A stretch of 55,012 bases of DNA from an uncultured Gammaproteobacteria bacterium (GTDB lineage Bacteria > Patescibacteriota > Microgenomatia > Levybacterales > GWA1-39-11), in NCBI GenBank assembly GCA_964360265.1, contig CAYHUY010000003.1, positions 1 to 55,012 on the forward strand. Reading direction: 5' to 3'. Each line of letters starts with the position of its first letter. Within the stretch, counting starts at the first letter, position 1. A program made the translations under genes and the position numbers. The notes under the pieces were generated by a model. That model did no database searches, was not told the origin of the DNA, and saw only the letters and a list, made by a program, of their open reading frames with translations. Shown here piece after piece: positions 43,597-53,733 of the stretch.

Positions 43597-43809
43597 ATGT
43601 CTCAGCAAAATATATCAATCAATAACCTTCCAGATCTACTGACTGTTCGTGAAGTGGCACAGATTTTGAGAGTTTCGCCTCTGACAATTAAAAGATGGGG
43701 TAAAAGGGGTAAGTTGCCGGCAATTCGGATCAATTCCCGCGGCGACCGCCGTTATAAGAAGGAAGCAGTCCTATATTTATTAGGTATCCAAGCCAAAACC
43801 GAGGTCTAA
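43597..43809 (+). CDS. excisionase/MerR-superfamily helix-turn-helix DNA-binding protein (about 70 aa)
   Basis: LLTVREVAQILRVSPLTIKRWGKRGKLPAIRINSRGDRRYKKEAV is a typical excisionase-type HTH. The ATG at 43597 is preferred over the track's TTG at 43588. Confidence 0.7.
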   Translation: MSQQNISINNLPDLLTVREVAQILRVSPLTIKRWGKRGKLPAIRINSRGDRRYKKEAVLYLLGIQAKTEV

Positions 43810-43810
43810 A

Positions 43811-45391
43811 TTAGGCATTTCTAAAATAATTTATACAGCGATCGTATGTAGCGCTGTCAACTATTCCAGTTCTTTTATAATATTCTAAGAGATTGGATAG
43901 ATCAAAGGCCCAATGAGGAGTACAATCATTATTTCTTATAGCTTCAACTCCGCCCTGTTCACGATTCACAAGAGCTACGAAGTCCTTCACAATAACACCA
44001 GCTGCTCTTAGAGTATTAATTGCATCATTTGCACTTGCTCCGCTTGTTATAACGTCATCGAAAGATAAAGCTACTGTTTTTCCAGGCTCATAATCACCGT
44101 CAATTTTTGCTCCACTGCCATGTGTTTTTTCTCCCCGAGGAGTTATCATGGGTATACCGTTTACGTAAGAGAGAAGACTGACTAAAGGAGTAATAGCTGT
44201 GGGTGTGTCTGCATATACATCGAATTTTAAATCAGTAGTCAGTTCTTGTAATACTTTACAGGCCAAAAGCTTAATTTCATTAGTCGCTGATCGTAAAACT
44301 CTTTGGTCTACATATATTGGCGATAAGGGAGCCTCAGGATGTTTTTCGTGAAGTTTAAGTCTGAATTCCCCAAACTTTATCACGCCCGTATCAAAAAGAG
44401 CCCTTGCGAGTTCTTTTTGAGAATCAGAAAAACCTTCAGGGTTTTCTCTGTAATAATTAATCCCATCCCTCAACTTTAGGGCCTCACGTCTGGCCGCTTG
44501 GCCAACCGTTTCTATTTGATTAGGTCCTATTTGCTGCCTCTTAGCAAAACTGATTCCGCTGGAGGAATTTACTATTATTCCTCCATTGTTAGCGCTCATA
44601 CTTGCGGCAACAGCTTTCTGAAGATCTGCGCCTTGAGTACCAATTCCCGGGACAAGGAATTGTATATGTGGATCCATAGCCCTTATTTGTTTTGCTTGTT
44701 CAGGATAAGTTGCGCCTACAACAATTGCACAGTTATTTTCTTTATTCCAGTGCCTTGCGACACGGTTTGCTTCAGCAAGATATAGGGGAATTTTTGTACC
44801 TCCTGCAATTCTCATTAGCTCTATCTTTTCATCAACATCAGTAGTGAAGTCATCAATTGCTATAGGAAGATCCTGAAACTCTCCCCCTCCAGGATTGGAG
44901 GTTTTAACTACAACTATAATTCCTTTATCTTTTTCGGAAAGCAAAGGCTTTAAAGCTTCCGACCCTAAATTAGGGCTAACAGTAATAGCGTCAAACTTAT
45001 ACCTTCTGAATAGTTTTCTTGCATATGCTGCGCTTGTAGGGCCGATATCCCCGACCTTATTGTCTCCTATTACTGGAATGCCCGGGTACGTTTTATGAAT
45101 GTATTCAACTGTTCGTTCAAGCGCCCGTTCTCCCTCAATTGATTCTTCATAAAAGGCAACGTTGGGCTTAAAAGCACATACCAAATCTGCCGTGGCATCT
45201 ATGATTTCCTTATTGAATTGGAAAGTTCCCTCTTCTTCTCCTAAAACTTTGTACTCTGAAGGAATCATTGAGGGGCTATTATCGAGGCCAACGCAGAGGT
45301 AATTCCCTCGAGCTTGCAGTCTTTCAACTTTCCCATTGAAACTTTCCGGAATTCTGTCTGTTTCTCGAGGGCGAAGGTTTTCGGCTATCAT
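43811..45391 (-). CDS. pyrF-pyrE: bifunctional orotidine-5'-phosphate decarboxylase (type 2) / orotate phosphoribosyltransferase fusion
   Basis: The N-terminal ~300 aa have LCVGLDN...AFKPNVAFYE...IGDNKVGDIGPTS...VPGIGTQG (ODCase). The C-terminal ~200 aa have GVIKFGEFRLK...DDVITSGASANDAINTLRAAG...VNREQGG (OPRTase PRPP motif). Confidence 0.85.
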   Translation of the reverse strand: MIAENLRPRETDRIPESFNGKVERLQARGNYLCVGLDNSPSMIPSEYKVLGEEEGTFQFNKEIIDATADLVCAFKPNVAFYEESIEGERALERTVEYIHKTYPGIPVIGDNKVGDIGPTSAAYARKLFRRYKFDAITVSPNLGSEALKPLLSEKDKGIIVVVKTSNPGGGEFQDLPIAIDDFTTDVDEKIELMRIAGGTKIPLYLAEANRVARHWNKENNCAIVVGATYPEQAKQIRAMDPHIQFLVPGIGTQGADLQKAVAASMSANNGGIIVNSSSGISFAKRQQIGPNQIETVGQAARREALKLRDGINYYRENPEGFSDSQKELARALFDTGVIKFGEFRLKLHEKHPEAPLSPIYVDQRVLRSATNEIKLLACKVLQELTTDLKFDVYADTPTAITPLVSLLSYVNGIPMITPRGEKTHGSGAKIDGDYEPGKTVALSFDDVITSGASANDAINTLRAAGVIVKDFVALVNREQGGVEAIRNNDCTPHWAFDLSNLLEYYKRTGIVDSATYDRCINYFRNA

Positions 45392-45416
45392 GATTTATTG
45401 AGCAGAAGTCAGGATA

Positions 45417-45444
45417 AATATAGCAGAATTAACAAAATTGTCAA
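45417..45444 (-). promoter_or_regulatory. candidate promoter TTGACA, 16-nt spacer, TATATT
   Basis: -35 at 45444-45439 and -10 at 45422-45417 on the minus strand, 25 nt upstream of the ATG at 45391. Confidence 0.45.
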
Positions 45445-45454
45445 GAAGCATAAG

Positions 45455-46279
45455 TTAACTTAAAAATACCAGGAAATAAATAATCGAAAGGACAATCCTA
45501 TAGATGCCAAAAGCTATAAAGCTGTGGTTTTGAACATACTTTACTAGCCATTTTATAGCTATTAGCGCTATGATGAATGATGTGGTAAAACCGAGAGCGA
45601 AAGCCTCCCATTGATTCGAATCGAAGCTAAAACTTGTTTGCCTTATGTCGAGTGCGGTTGCGGCGAGCATAGTAGGAATTGCAAGTAAAAAAGAGAATTC
45701 CACGGCTGTTTTTCTTGGCAGACCAACTAGCATTCCGCCAATGATGGTTGCGGCCGCACGCGATACACCAGGAACAACAGAGATTGATTGAAAAAGACCG
45801 ATCACAAAAGCACGCTCATAAGAGAGCTTATCAGTCGGCGCTTCGTATTTGCTCACGCTCCCAAACTCCCTACGCAAGTCAGATCGCAAATTCAAATCGC
45901 CTCCTTTTGCCTGCATAAATAACTCGATTGCAATTAAAATGATTCCACCCAGGAACAAAGAGAGCAGGACAACATCGGTATTACCAATAAGATACTGTTT
46001 GATTACTTTGTAAAGAAGAAATCCAATAATTGCCGTTGGAATAAAAGCGACAAATATCCGTTTTCCCAGTTCGAAATCCCGAAAAATAGTTCGATGATAT
46101 AGAAACACAACTGATAAAATAGCTCCTGACTGGATTGCGATTTCGAAGGTTTTTACAAACTCGGTTTGTTCTATCCGCAAGAGATTCGAAGCCAAAATCA
46201 GATGCCCTGTTGAAGATATAGGCAGGAATTCTGTGATTCCTTCAACAACGCCCAGAATCACCGAACTCGCAATATCCAT
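45455..46279 (-). CDS. uppP: undecaprenyl-diphosphate phosphatase
   Basis: VEGITEFLPISSTGHLIL, a SRAAATI-type motif (PGVSRAAATIIGG) and about 8 TM helices. Confidence 0.9.
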   Translation of the reverse strand: MDIASSVILGVVEGITEFLPISSTGHLILASNLLRIEQTEFVKTFEIAIQSGAILSVVFLYHRTIFRDFELGKRIFVAFIPTAIIGFLLYKVIKQYLIGNTDVVLLSLFLGGIILIAIELFMQAKGGDLNLRSDLRREFGSVSKYEAPTDKLSYERAFVIGLFQSISVVPGVSRAAATIIGGMLVGLPRKTAVEFSFLLAIPTMLAATALDIRQTSFSFDSNQWEAFALGFTTSFIIALIAIKWLVKYVQNHSFIAFGIYRIVLSIIYFLVFLS

Positions 46280-46288
46280 ATTATGTAT

Positions 46289-46317
46289 ATGTTAAACCAA
46301 GCAAGACTAATTAGCAA
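46289..46317 (-). promoter_or_regulatory. candidate promoter TTGCTA, 17-nt spacer, TAACAT; ATG 9 nt downstream
   Basis: -35 at 46317-46312 and -10 at 46294-46289 on the minus strand. Confidence 0.4.
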
Positions 46318-46591
46318 AGGACGGAATCTATATAGGATATTGACTTTCGGCACGACACCTAGGTATACTTTTCATGCTCTTAAGTAATGTTGTAGGTGAC
46401 TTGTTTTCCTCTACAACTTTTCCGATAAGGTATCGGCTCACAAAGAGCTGAAAAGGGATGTTTTTAAATTGACCCCGTGGGGTCAAATTAGCATCTTCCT
46501 AATTTTAAGTCGGGGAAGCGTTTCCTACAATTGCTTAAGGGCGGCTTTATCAGGTAGATATTAGGGGCTAGATACTAGAAAATAGGGAGTG

Positions 46592-46664
46592 AGCCGACTC
46601 AGGGATTCGAACCCTGGACCTACGCTTTACGAAAGCGCCGCTCTACCAACTGAGCTAAGTCGGC
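46592..46664 (-). tRNA. tRNA-Thr (anticodon CGT)
   Basis: Hand-folded cloverleaf: acceptor GCCGACT/AGTCGGC, D arm GCTC-AGTTGGTA-GAGC, anticodon arm GCGCT-TTCGTAA-AGCGT, variable AGGTC, T arm CAGGG-TTCGAAT-CCCTG, discriminator T. No CCA is encoded. Confidence 0.9.
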
Positions 46665-46703
46665 AAAAAATAGCTGATCTCAAAATTTTACCATAATTTA
46701 ATC

Positions 46704-47100
46704 ATGGCGGTACAATCCACAATGGTTCCTCTTGGAACACATGCGCCTGATTTTAACCTAAGAGATGTTACAACCGGAGCTTCAATTTCGCTTCAAAATT
46801 TTTCGAACCCCGCCAAAGGCGAGGCAGGCAAAAGAATTGGGTTTTGAGTTTCCATATTGTTTTGATGAGACGCAAGAAGTAGGTAAAATATATCATGCGG
46901 CCTGCACACCAGACTTTTTCTTGTTCGACCAAAATCAAAAATTGGTTTACCGCGGACAGATGGATGATTCTCGGCCAGGGAATTCTGAGCCTATCGATGG
47001 TCATGGCCTCAGGGCCGCTATCGAAGCAGTATTGATAGGTTCGCCTGTTTCGAAAGACCAAAAACCCGGTATAGGCTGCAGCATCAAGTGGAAAAGGCCT
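46704..47100 (+). pseudogene. decayed thioredoxin-fold (TlpA/AhpC-TSA-like) thiol-disulfide oxidoreductase gene
   Basis: The N-terminal frame reads MAVQSTMVPLGTHAPDFNLRDVTTGASISLQNF, then a GC-rich repeat fragment and a stop. The C-terminal part (ELGFEFPYCFDETQEVGKIYHAACTPDFFLFD...DDSRPGN...IGCSIKWK) is in another frame. The CxxC-containing middle is missing, and no stop precedes the tRNA. Confidence 0.7.
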
Positions 47101-47101
47101 G

Positions 47102-47173
47102 AGCCGAAGGAGGGATTCGAACCCTCGACTTGCTGTTTACAAAACAGCTACTCTACCACTGAGTTACTTCGGC
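47102..47173 (-). tRNA. tRNA-Thr (anticodon TGT)
   Basis: Hand-folded cloverleaf: acceptor GCCGAAG/CTTCGGC, D arm ACTC-AGTGGTA-GAGT, anticodon arm GCTGT-TTTGTAA-ACAGC, variable AAGTC, T arm GAGGG-TTCGAAT-CCCTC, discriminator T. Confidence 0.9.
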
Positions 47174-47405
47174 GTGAATCTAATTTTAACAAATCCAAGA
47201 AGCTTTTAGAAGTGGAGCCACCCCTGGAGGAAGATTAGGAGGAAAAGCATTCCCAGGAGAATATAAAAAATAACTGTTAATGAGGTAAGGGGGTGTATTG
47301 TTTGGTGAAAAGGAGAACTCGCTTTTTTTGATCTCTTTGCCATATATAAAAGGTTAGAATACTAGAGTTGTATTTGTCAACTGTGTATATCTATTACAAA
47401 GTATG

Positions 47406-47702
47406 TTATTTAGTCTTGATAATCCCTTTTTCTCCGCCAAAACCTACATAAACATTTACTTTATTTTCAATTGCCTTAAGAACTCCCTGTGTTATTTTGA
47501 GTTCCTCCTGTCCGTTGAATTTAATAATCCTAATAAAGTCTTTTATGACCGATATAAAATTCTCGTGTAGGGGCAGAATATCAAAAATACCCCTCTCATT
47601 AATAGAAGTTAAAGCCGCGGCTTCTCCTTCAAAAAGTACACCATCCTTATTTTTAATTACTACGTATATAGACCTGTCTTTGTTTTTTTGATTGTTTCTC
47701 AT
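47406..47702 (-). CDS. atpC: F1 ATP synthase epsilon subunit, short form (beta-sandwich only)
   Basis: 98-aa ORF directly after atpD. FEGEAAALTSINERGIFDILPLHENFISVI fits the epsilon N-terminal domain. There is no C-terminal helical hairpin. Confidence 0.7.
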   Translation of the reverse strand: MRNNQKNKDRSIYVVIKNKDGVLFEGEAAALTSINERGIFDILPLHENFISVIKDFIRIIKFNGQEELKITQGVLKAIENKVNVYVGFGGEKGIIKTK

Positions 47703-47724
47703 ATGTTTTGCTTGTGCCTACAGT

Positions 47725-49964
<2,240 letters not shown>

Positions 49965-49969
49965 AGCTT

Positions 49970-51448
49970 TTAACTTATTGCTGTGCTTTTACCAGGATTA
50001 TTCTTGGGTTGAATTTTCCTTATTTTTCCAAGCAGCTCATTTATGTGAGAAGAGGTTGCAATTATATTGTCAACACTTGCGTGAAAACTCTTGTCCGTCT
50101 CGTATAGCAAAGTTAATTTTTCCATGTCTTCTTTTATTTTTTCAAAACTATCATCTTTCCAATAATCCCCCCAGATCATACTAAAAAGAAAGACTTGTAT
50201 ATTCTCCGCCGCTATAGTGCTTGGGGCTTGTTGAAAGAATCGAGTGATCCTGTCTCCTGTCTTAATGATTGTTTTTATCCCCTCATTTACTTCTTCTCCA
50301 AAGTGAATATAGCGCTGACTTTTGTTGTATAGAGTAAGAAAGGCCCTTAGTTCCCGCGCGATGCTTCTTTTGAGAGTAGACTGAGTTTGCTGGCCAACCC
50401 TTGTTACTGAAAGAAAGGGGTTTATAGCGGGGCGTCTGCCTTGGGAGAAAAGATCTGAGTCAAAATAAAGATGGCCATCTGTCATTGACATGAGGTTTGT
50501 CTGAATATATCCTGATAAATCTCCCTGTGCTGTCTCAGCAATGGGTAGCACCGTAATTGAGCTCTCGCCTGACCCTATTGCAAAATTGCCTGCCCTCTCC
50601 AGAAGCCGTGCGTGTATATAAAAAATATCGGCAGGGTAGGAATTTCTACCCGGAAAGCGACGGCCAAGTAGCGCGAGTTCTCGATAGAATTTTGCGTGCG
50701 TTGATAAATCGTCAATTACCAGCAAGGTATCAATGCCGTGATCACGAAAATACTCAGCAATTGTCATAGCAGAGTAGGGCGTCATAAAGATTGTGCCCAC
50801 GGGATCGCGCGATGTAGTCGTAACAATTATTATCTTATCAAGTACCTTATTTTTGGCAAATAATTCCTCGATTCTCTTAATGTCGATCTTGCGCTTGCCA
50901 ACCATTGCATAAATGCAAATGTTTCCTTTTTTGGCTTGAGAAAGAATAGCCTGGAGCAGAAAATTAGTCTTGCCGGTTTTGCGGTCTCCAATCAAGAGTT
51001 CGCGTTGTCCGTGTCCTAGCGGAATAAGAAGGTCAACAATTGAAACACCGGTGGCAAAATGCCTTTTGATAGTTTTTCTTGAAACGATGCCCTGTGGAGC
51101 AATCTGGATTTGACGCACTTCTTTTGGTTTTTTTTGACGGCGCGTGGGGTCAAATGAGTTCCCAAATGGATCAACAATCCCGCCTAAAAGTTCCGCGCCT
51201 ACTGGAATCTCAAAATATTTACCCGTTCTTGTAATTTGTAACCCAACACGAACTGGCGAATTTGTGAAAGTGAGTATCTCAACATGATTTTCAGATAAAG
51301 ATAATACTTGTCCCACTTCACCCGACTCAAATATCATGAGTTCTTCAGGCATGGCTCCGGGTAAACCGTTGGCGTAAACTATTGGGCCAACAACTTGCTC
51401 AACATAACCAATCTCTTTTGTTTGCTTAAGATATTGATCGAAATTCAT
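49970..51448 (-). CDS. atpA: F1 ATP synthase alpha subunit
   Basis: Walker A GDRKTGKT, LLVIDDLSTHAKFYRELALLGRRFPGR, and the SGYIQTNLMSMTDGHLYF blocks. Confidence 0.95.
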   Translation of the reverse strand: MNFDQYLKQTKEIGYVEQVVGPIVYANGLPGAMPEELMIFESGEVGQVLSLSENHVEILTFTNSPVRVGLQITRTGKYFEIPVGAELLGGIVDPFGNSFDPTRRQKKPKEVRQIQIAPQGIVSRKTIKRHFATGVSIVDLLIPLGHGQRELLIGDRKTGKTNFLLQAILSQAKKGNICIYAMVGKRKIDIKRIEELFAKNKVLDKIIIVTTTSRDPVGTIFMTPYSAMTIAEYFRDHGIDTLLVIDDLSTHAKFYRELALLGRRFPGRNSYPADIFYIHARLLERAGNFAIGSGESSITVLPIAETAQGDLSGYIQTNLMSMTDGHLYFDSDLFSQGRRPAINPFLSVTRVGQQTQSTLKRSIARELRAFLTLYNKSQRYIHFGEEVNEGIKTIIKTGDRITRFFQQAPSTIAAENIQVFLFSMIWGDYWKDDSFEKIKEDMEKLTLLYETDKSFHASVDNIIATSSHINELLGKIRKIQPKNNPGKSTAIS

Positions 51449-51927
51449 ATTGATTTAAATATTTCTTCGCGCTTTGTCTTAAATACCTCCTCAAGCTTTG
51501 TTTTGAGACTATAGTCACGATACAGGCCATTAAAAACTATAATTGCCCCTCCAAGAATGCTTGGCTCGACATTTATTTCAATGATTATATTTTCCGCAAG
51601 AAGCTGCCGGGCAAAGGCTGATATTTTATCGATTGTTGACTGCTGCGCTTCAAAGGCAAGAGTCAGAGTTATAGCTTGTAAGCCCTCGGCTTTATTTTTA
51701 ATTTCGGCAAGATTCTTTGCGATTTTTTCTCTTAGGGCCTCATCGAGAGGTTTACCCTGAAGAAGGCCCAGAATATAGGCTCTAAGCTGCGGCGAAACTT
51801 TTGTATCAAGTATTTTTTCAAGATCGGCTTGCTGCCGAAAAAGTACGTCGAGAACAAGCGAAATTTCCAAATATAATTGTTTTCTTTCTTCCAGGGTTTT
51901 TATTGACGAAAGCGAATAGCCATTCAT
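51445..51927 (-). CDS. atpH: F1 ATP synthase delta (OSCP) subunit
   Basis: 160-aa ORF whose C-terminal IEINVEPSILGGAIIVFNGLYRDYSLKTKLEEV is the delta signature. It overlaps its neighbours by 4 nt at both ends. Confidence 0.8.
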   Translation of the reverse strand: MNGYSLSSIKTLEERKQLYLEISLVLDVLFRQQADLEKILDTKVSPQLRAYILGLLQGKPLDEALREKIAKNLAEIKNKAEGLQAITLTLAFEAQQSTIDKISAFARQLLAENIIIEINVEPSILGGAIIVFNGLYRDYSLKTKLEEVFKTKREEIFKSI

Positions 51928-52685
51928 TTTGATTCCCCGCCTGCAACGCTTTGCCAGCCCGCAGAGCTACGCTCAGCATTGCTGGCGGGCGTAGCATTGC
52001 GGGCAGGTTGATTTTCAACAGCTTCTTTCAGCGCCTCCAGGATAAGGTCTTCGTGTTTATCAAGATCAATAGACTTTCCTATCGCAAGTTGAACAGCATT
52101 TTCAGTTATTTTATAAATATTATCTTGAATTTTTTGAATTTCCTGTTTTTTGTAATCTTCAACTTCGTTCGACGTATCAGCGTACAACTTATCAATTTTC
52201 TCCCCGACAATTTTTTGGGATTCAAGAGTCTCTCTTCTTAAAATATTTTTAAAGTCTTTTATTTCCAAAGTTGCTTGTACTTCTATATCTTTTGATATAC
52301 TCTTAAACATATTGATATACTCTTTGAGCAGTTCGTCAAATGCACGGCTGTATTCTATCCTTAATCCTTCAGAAGTTTTTTGAAGTTCTTCTTTTTGAAT
52401 GCTTTGAAGAGTATTGGATATTTCAGAGGATACATCCGATGCCTGTTCTTGAAAAAGTTTAGTTTCAGCAACTGCCTGTCGGGCCTGAACACTCGCGGCC
52501 ATTATTATTTCATGAGCCTTTTGTCTCGCCTGATTGAGCATAGTTTCACTAGATCTAAGTGCATCTTTATTATGCAAACTAATTCTTTTAAGAGCATTTA
52601 AGTAATAGCCTGCCAACAATATGACAGTTCCCGAGAGAACCAGGATGGAAAAAATAAGAGCGTAAAGTAGTAATGATTCAGTCAT
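51924..52685 (-). CDS. atpF: Fo ATP synthase b subunit, elongated (253 aa)
   Basis: Single N-terminal TM (LLLYALIFSILVLSGTVILLAGYY) followed by a long charged coiled coil. The last ~28 aa are encoded by a GC-rich palindromic element. Confidence 0.7.
   Translation of the reverse strand: MTESLLLYALIFSILVLSGTVILLAGYYLNALKRISLHNKDALRSSETMLNQARQKAHEIIMAASVQARQAVAETKLFQEQASDVSSEISNTLQSIQKEELQKTSEGLRIEYSRAFDELLKEYINMFKSISKDIEVQATLEIKDFKNILRRETLESQKIVGEKIDKLYADTSNEVEDYKKQEIQKIQDNIYKITENAVQLAIGKSIDLDKHEDLILEALKEAVENQPARNATPASNAERSSAGWQSVAGGESK
51935..52007. repeat. composite (nested) copy of the CCCGCCTGCAACGC...GCATTGCGGGCAGG palindrome forming the 3' end of atpF
   Basis: It encodes QPARNATPASNAERSSAGWQSVAGGESK* in the same frame (PARNA...SVAGG) as the copy at 6964-6999. 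TTGATT occurs on both flanks (51929-51934 and 52008-52013). Confidence 0.85.
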
Positions 52686-53509
52686 AATGCTAATATCAAA
52701 TAGCCAATAGCAAGGCCTGCAAGCACTATTCCAATTGTTAGAACAACATTCATCAGAACACTGACCTGAATAAAAACTCCCGCCAATGGATTTCTGCCCA
52801 AGGCTTCAATACCAGTTTTTACAATTCTTCCAAAATGAATAAATCCTAATATGAATGAGGTAACTACAACAAATGCCGCAAGTATATATCTGAAAGTGGT
52901 GAGTGGGGTAAGGAACGGTGAGCTAATTACATTTTTAAGGTTTTCAACAAGATTGGTTCTGGTTGCGATAAATGTGGCATTGAAGTGGGGGTTAATATAG
53001 ACTAATATTTTTCCAACAGATTTAGAATCGCTTGCGCTATAATCTTCAAGCGATGTTCCTAAGACAAAGCCATTTGCCGTAGATTTAGCTGCAACACCCC
53101 TGATCTCACTTGAGGTTAAAAAGTCGTTCTTTTTGATTACGCCATTTATTGTTGATACACGCACATATGCCTTCCCGCTTATTAAAACCGGATAGGTATT
53201 TTGTAGATTTGCATCACCGTTCTCCAGGAATAATGCCGGTGTGCTTGTTATAACGCCATAAGTTGATGGTTGGTAAGCATAAGTAGCAAGCTTATATCCT
53301 TGGTCGGTTGATGCTATGACGTCTCCGTCGAGGACGTTCTTGTCAATAATTGGAATAGAAATTGCAATACCTGTTCCAGTCAAAGCGTTTGGTTCCTGGG
53401 CTGCAGCAGGAAGCACTAAGCAAAAAACGAGTATTGTTCCCAAAAAAAATTTTCCAATCGAATTCACAGCAAAAGAGCTTCGAATGGATTCAAAGTCAAG
53501 GTTTATCAT
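52682..53509 (-). CDS. signal-peptide protein with a ~170-aa extracytoplasmic domain fused to an ATP-synthase-c-like helical hairpin that lacks the carboxylate
   Basis: It is the first gene of the atp operon, with an ATGA overlap with atpF. The C-terminus is FRYILAAFVVVTSFILGFIHFG-RIVKTGIEALGRNPLAG-VFIQVSVLMNVVLTIGIVLAGLAIGYLILAL. The loop resembles the c-subunit R(Q/N)P loop, and helix 2 has no Asp or Glu. Confidence 0.7.
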   Translation of the reverse strand: MINLDFESIRSSFAVNSIGKFFLGTILVFCLVLPAAAQEPNALTGTGIAISIPIIDKNVLDGDVIASTDQGYKLATYAYQPSTYGVITSTPALFLENGDANLQNTYPVLISGKAYVRVSTINGVIKKNDFLTSSEIRGVAAKSTANGFVLGTSLEDYSASDSKSVGKILVYINPHFNATFIATRTNLVENLKNVISSPFLTPLTTFRYILAAFVVVTSFILGFIHFGRIVKTGIEALGRNPLAGVFIQVSVLMNVVLTIGIVLAGLAIGYLILAL

Positions 53510-53556
53510 AGGACAGTTCTCTGGTCATCTTAAGGTTAATTTTCACGATTAATTAA

Positions 53557-53586
53557 ATCATACTTGTACAGAGTTGGACATGTCAA
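53557..53586 (-). promoter_or_regulatory. candidate atp operon promoter TTGACA, 18-nt spacer, TATGAT
   Basis: -35 at 53586-53581 and -10 at 53562-53557 on the minus strand, 47 nt upstream of the start at 53509. Confidence 0.5.
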
Positions 53587-53733
53587 TAGATTAAAGCATG
53601 GACAAAGTTACCCAAAATGAGGACAAAAGTTGGACATTAGTCCCTTGACATTTTTCACAGAGTGTGTCTTACTCTTATTATAGCGATTTTGATTGACCCC
53701 GATTTAATCGGGGTTGAACAAATTTAATGCCCA

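Noticed and set aside
46765-47238. 157-aa ORF in the supplied track
   Set aside because: It is a composite. Its middle is the C-terminal remnant of the thioredoxin-like pseudogene, and its end reads straight through the complement of tRNA-Thr(TGT) (...KEGFEPSTCCLQNSYSTTELLRR). It is not a real gene.
53645-53681. TTGACA at 53645-53650 as the promoter for the HTH-giant gene
   Set aside because: The only good -10-like hexamer (TATTAT, 53676-53681) is 25 nt away, which is too far. The alternative TTACTC at an 18-nt spacing is poor. It was left unannotated.
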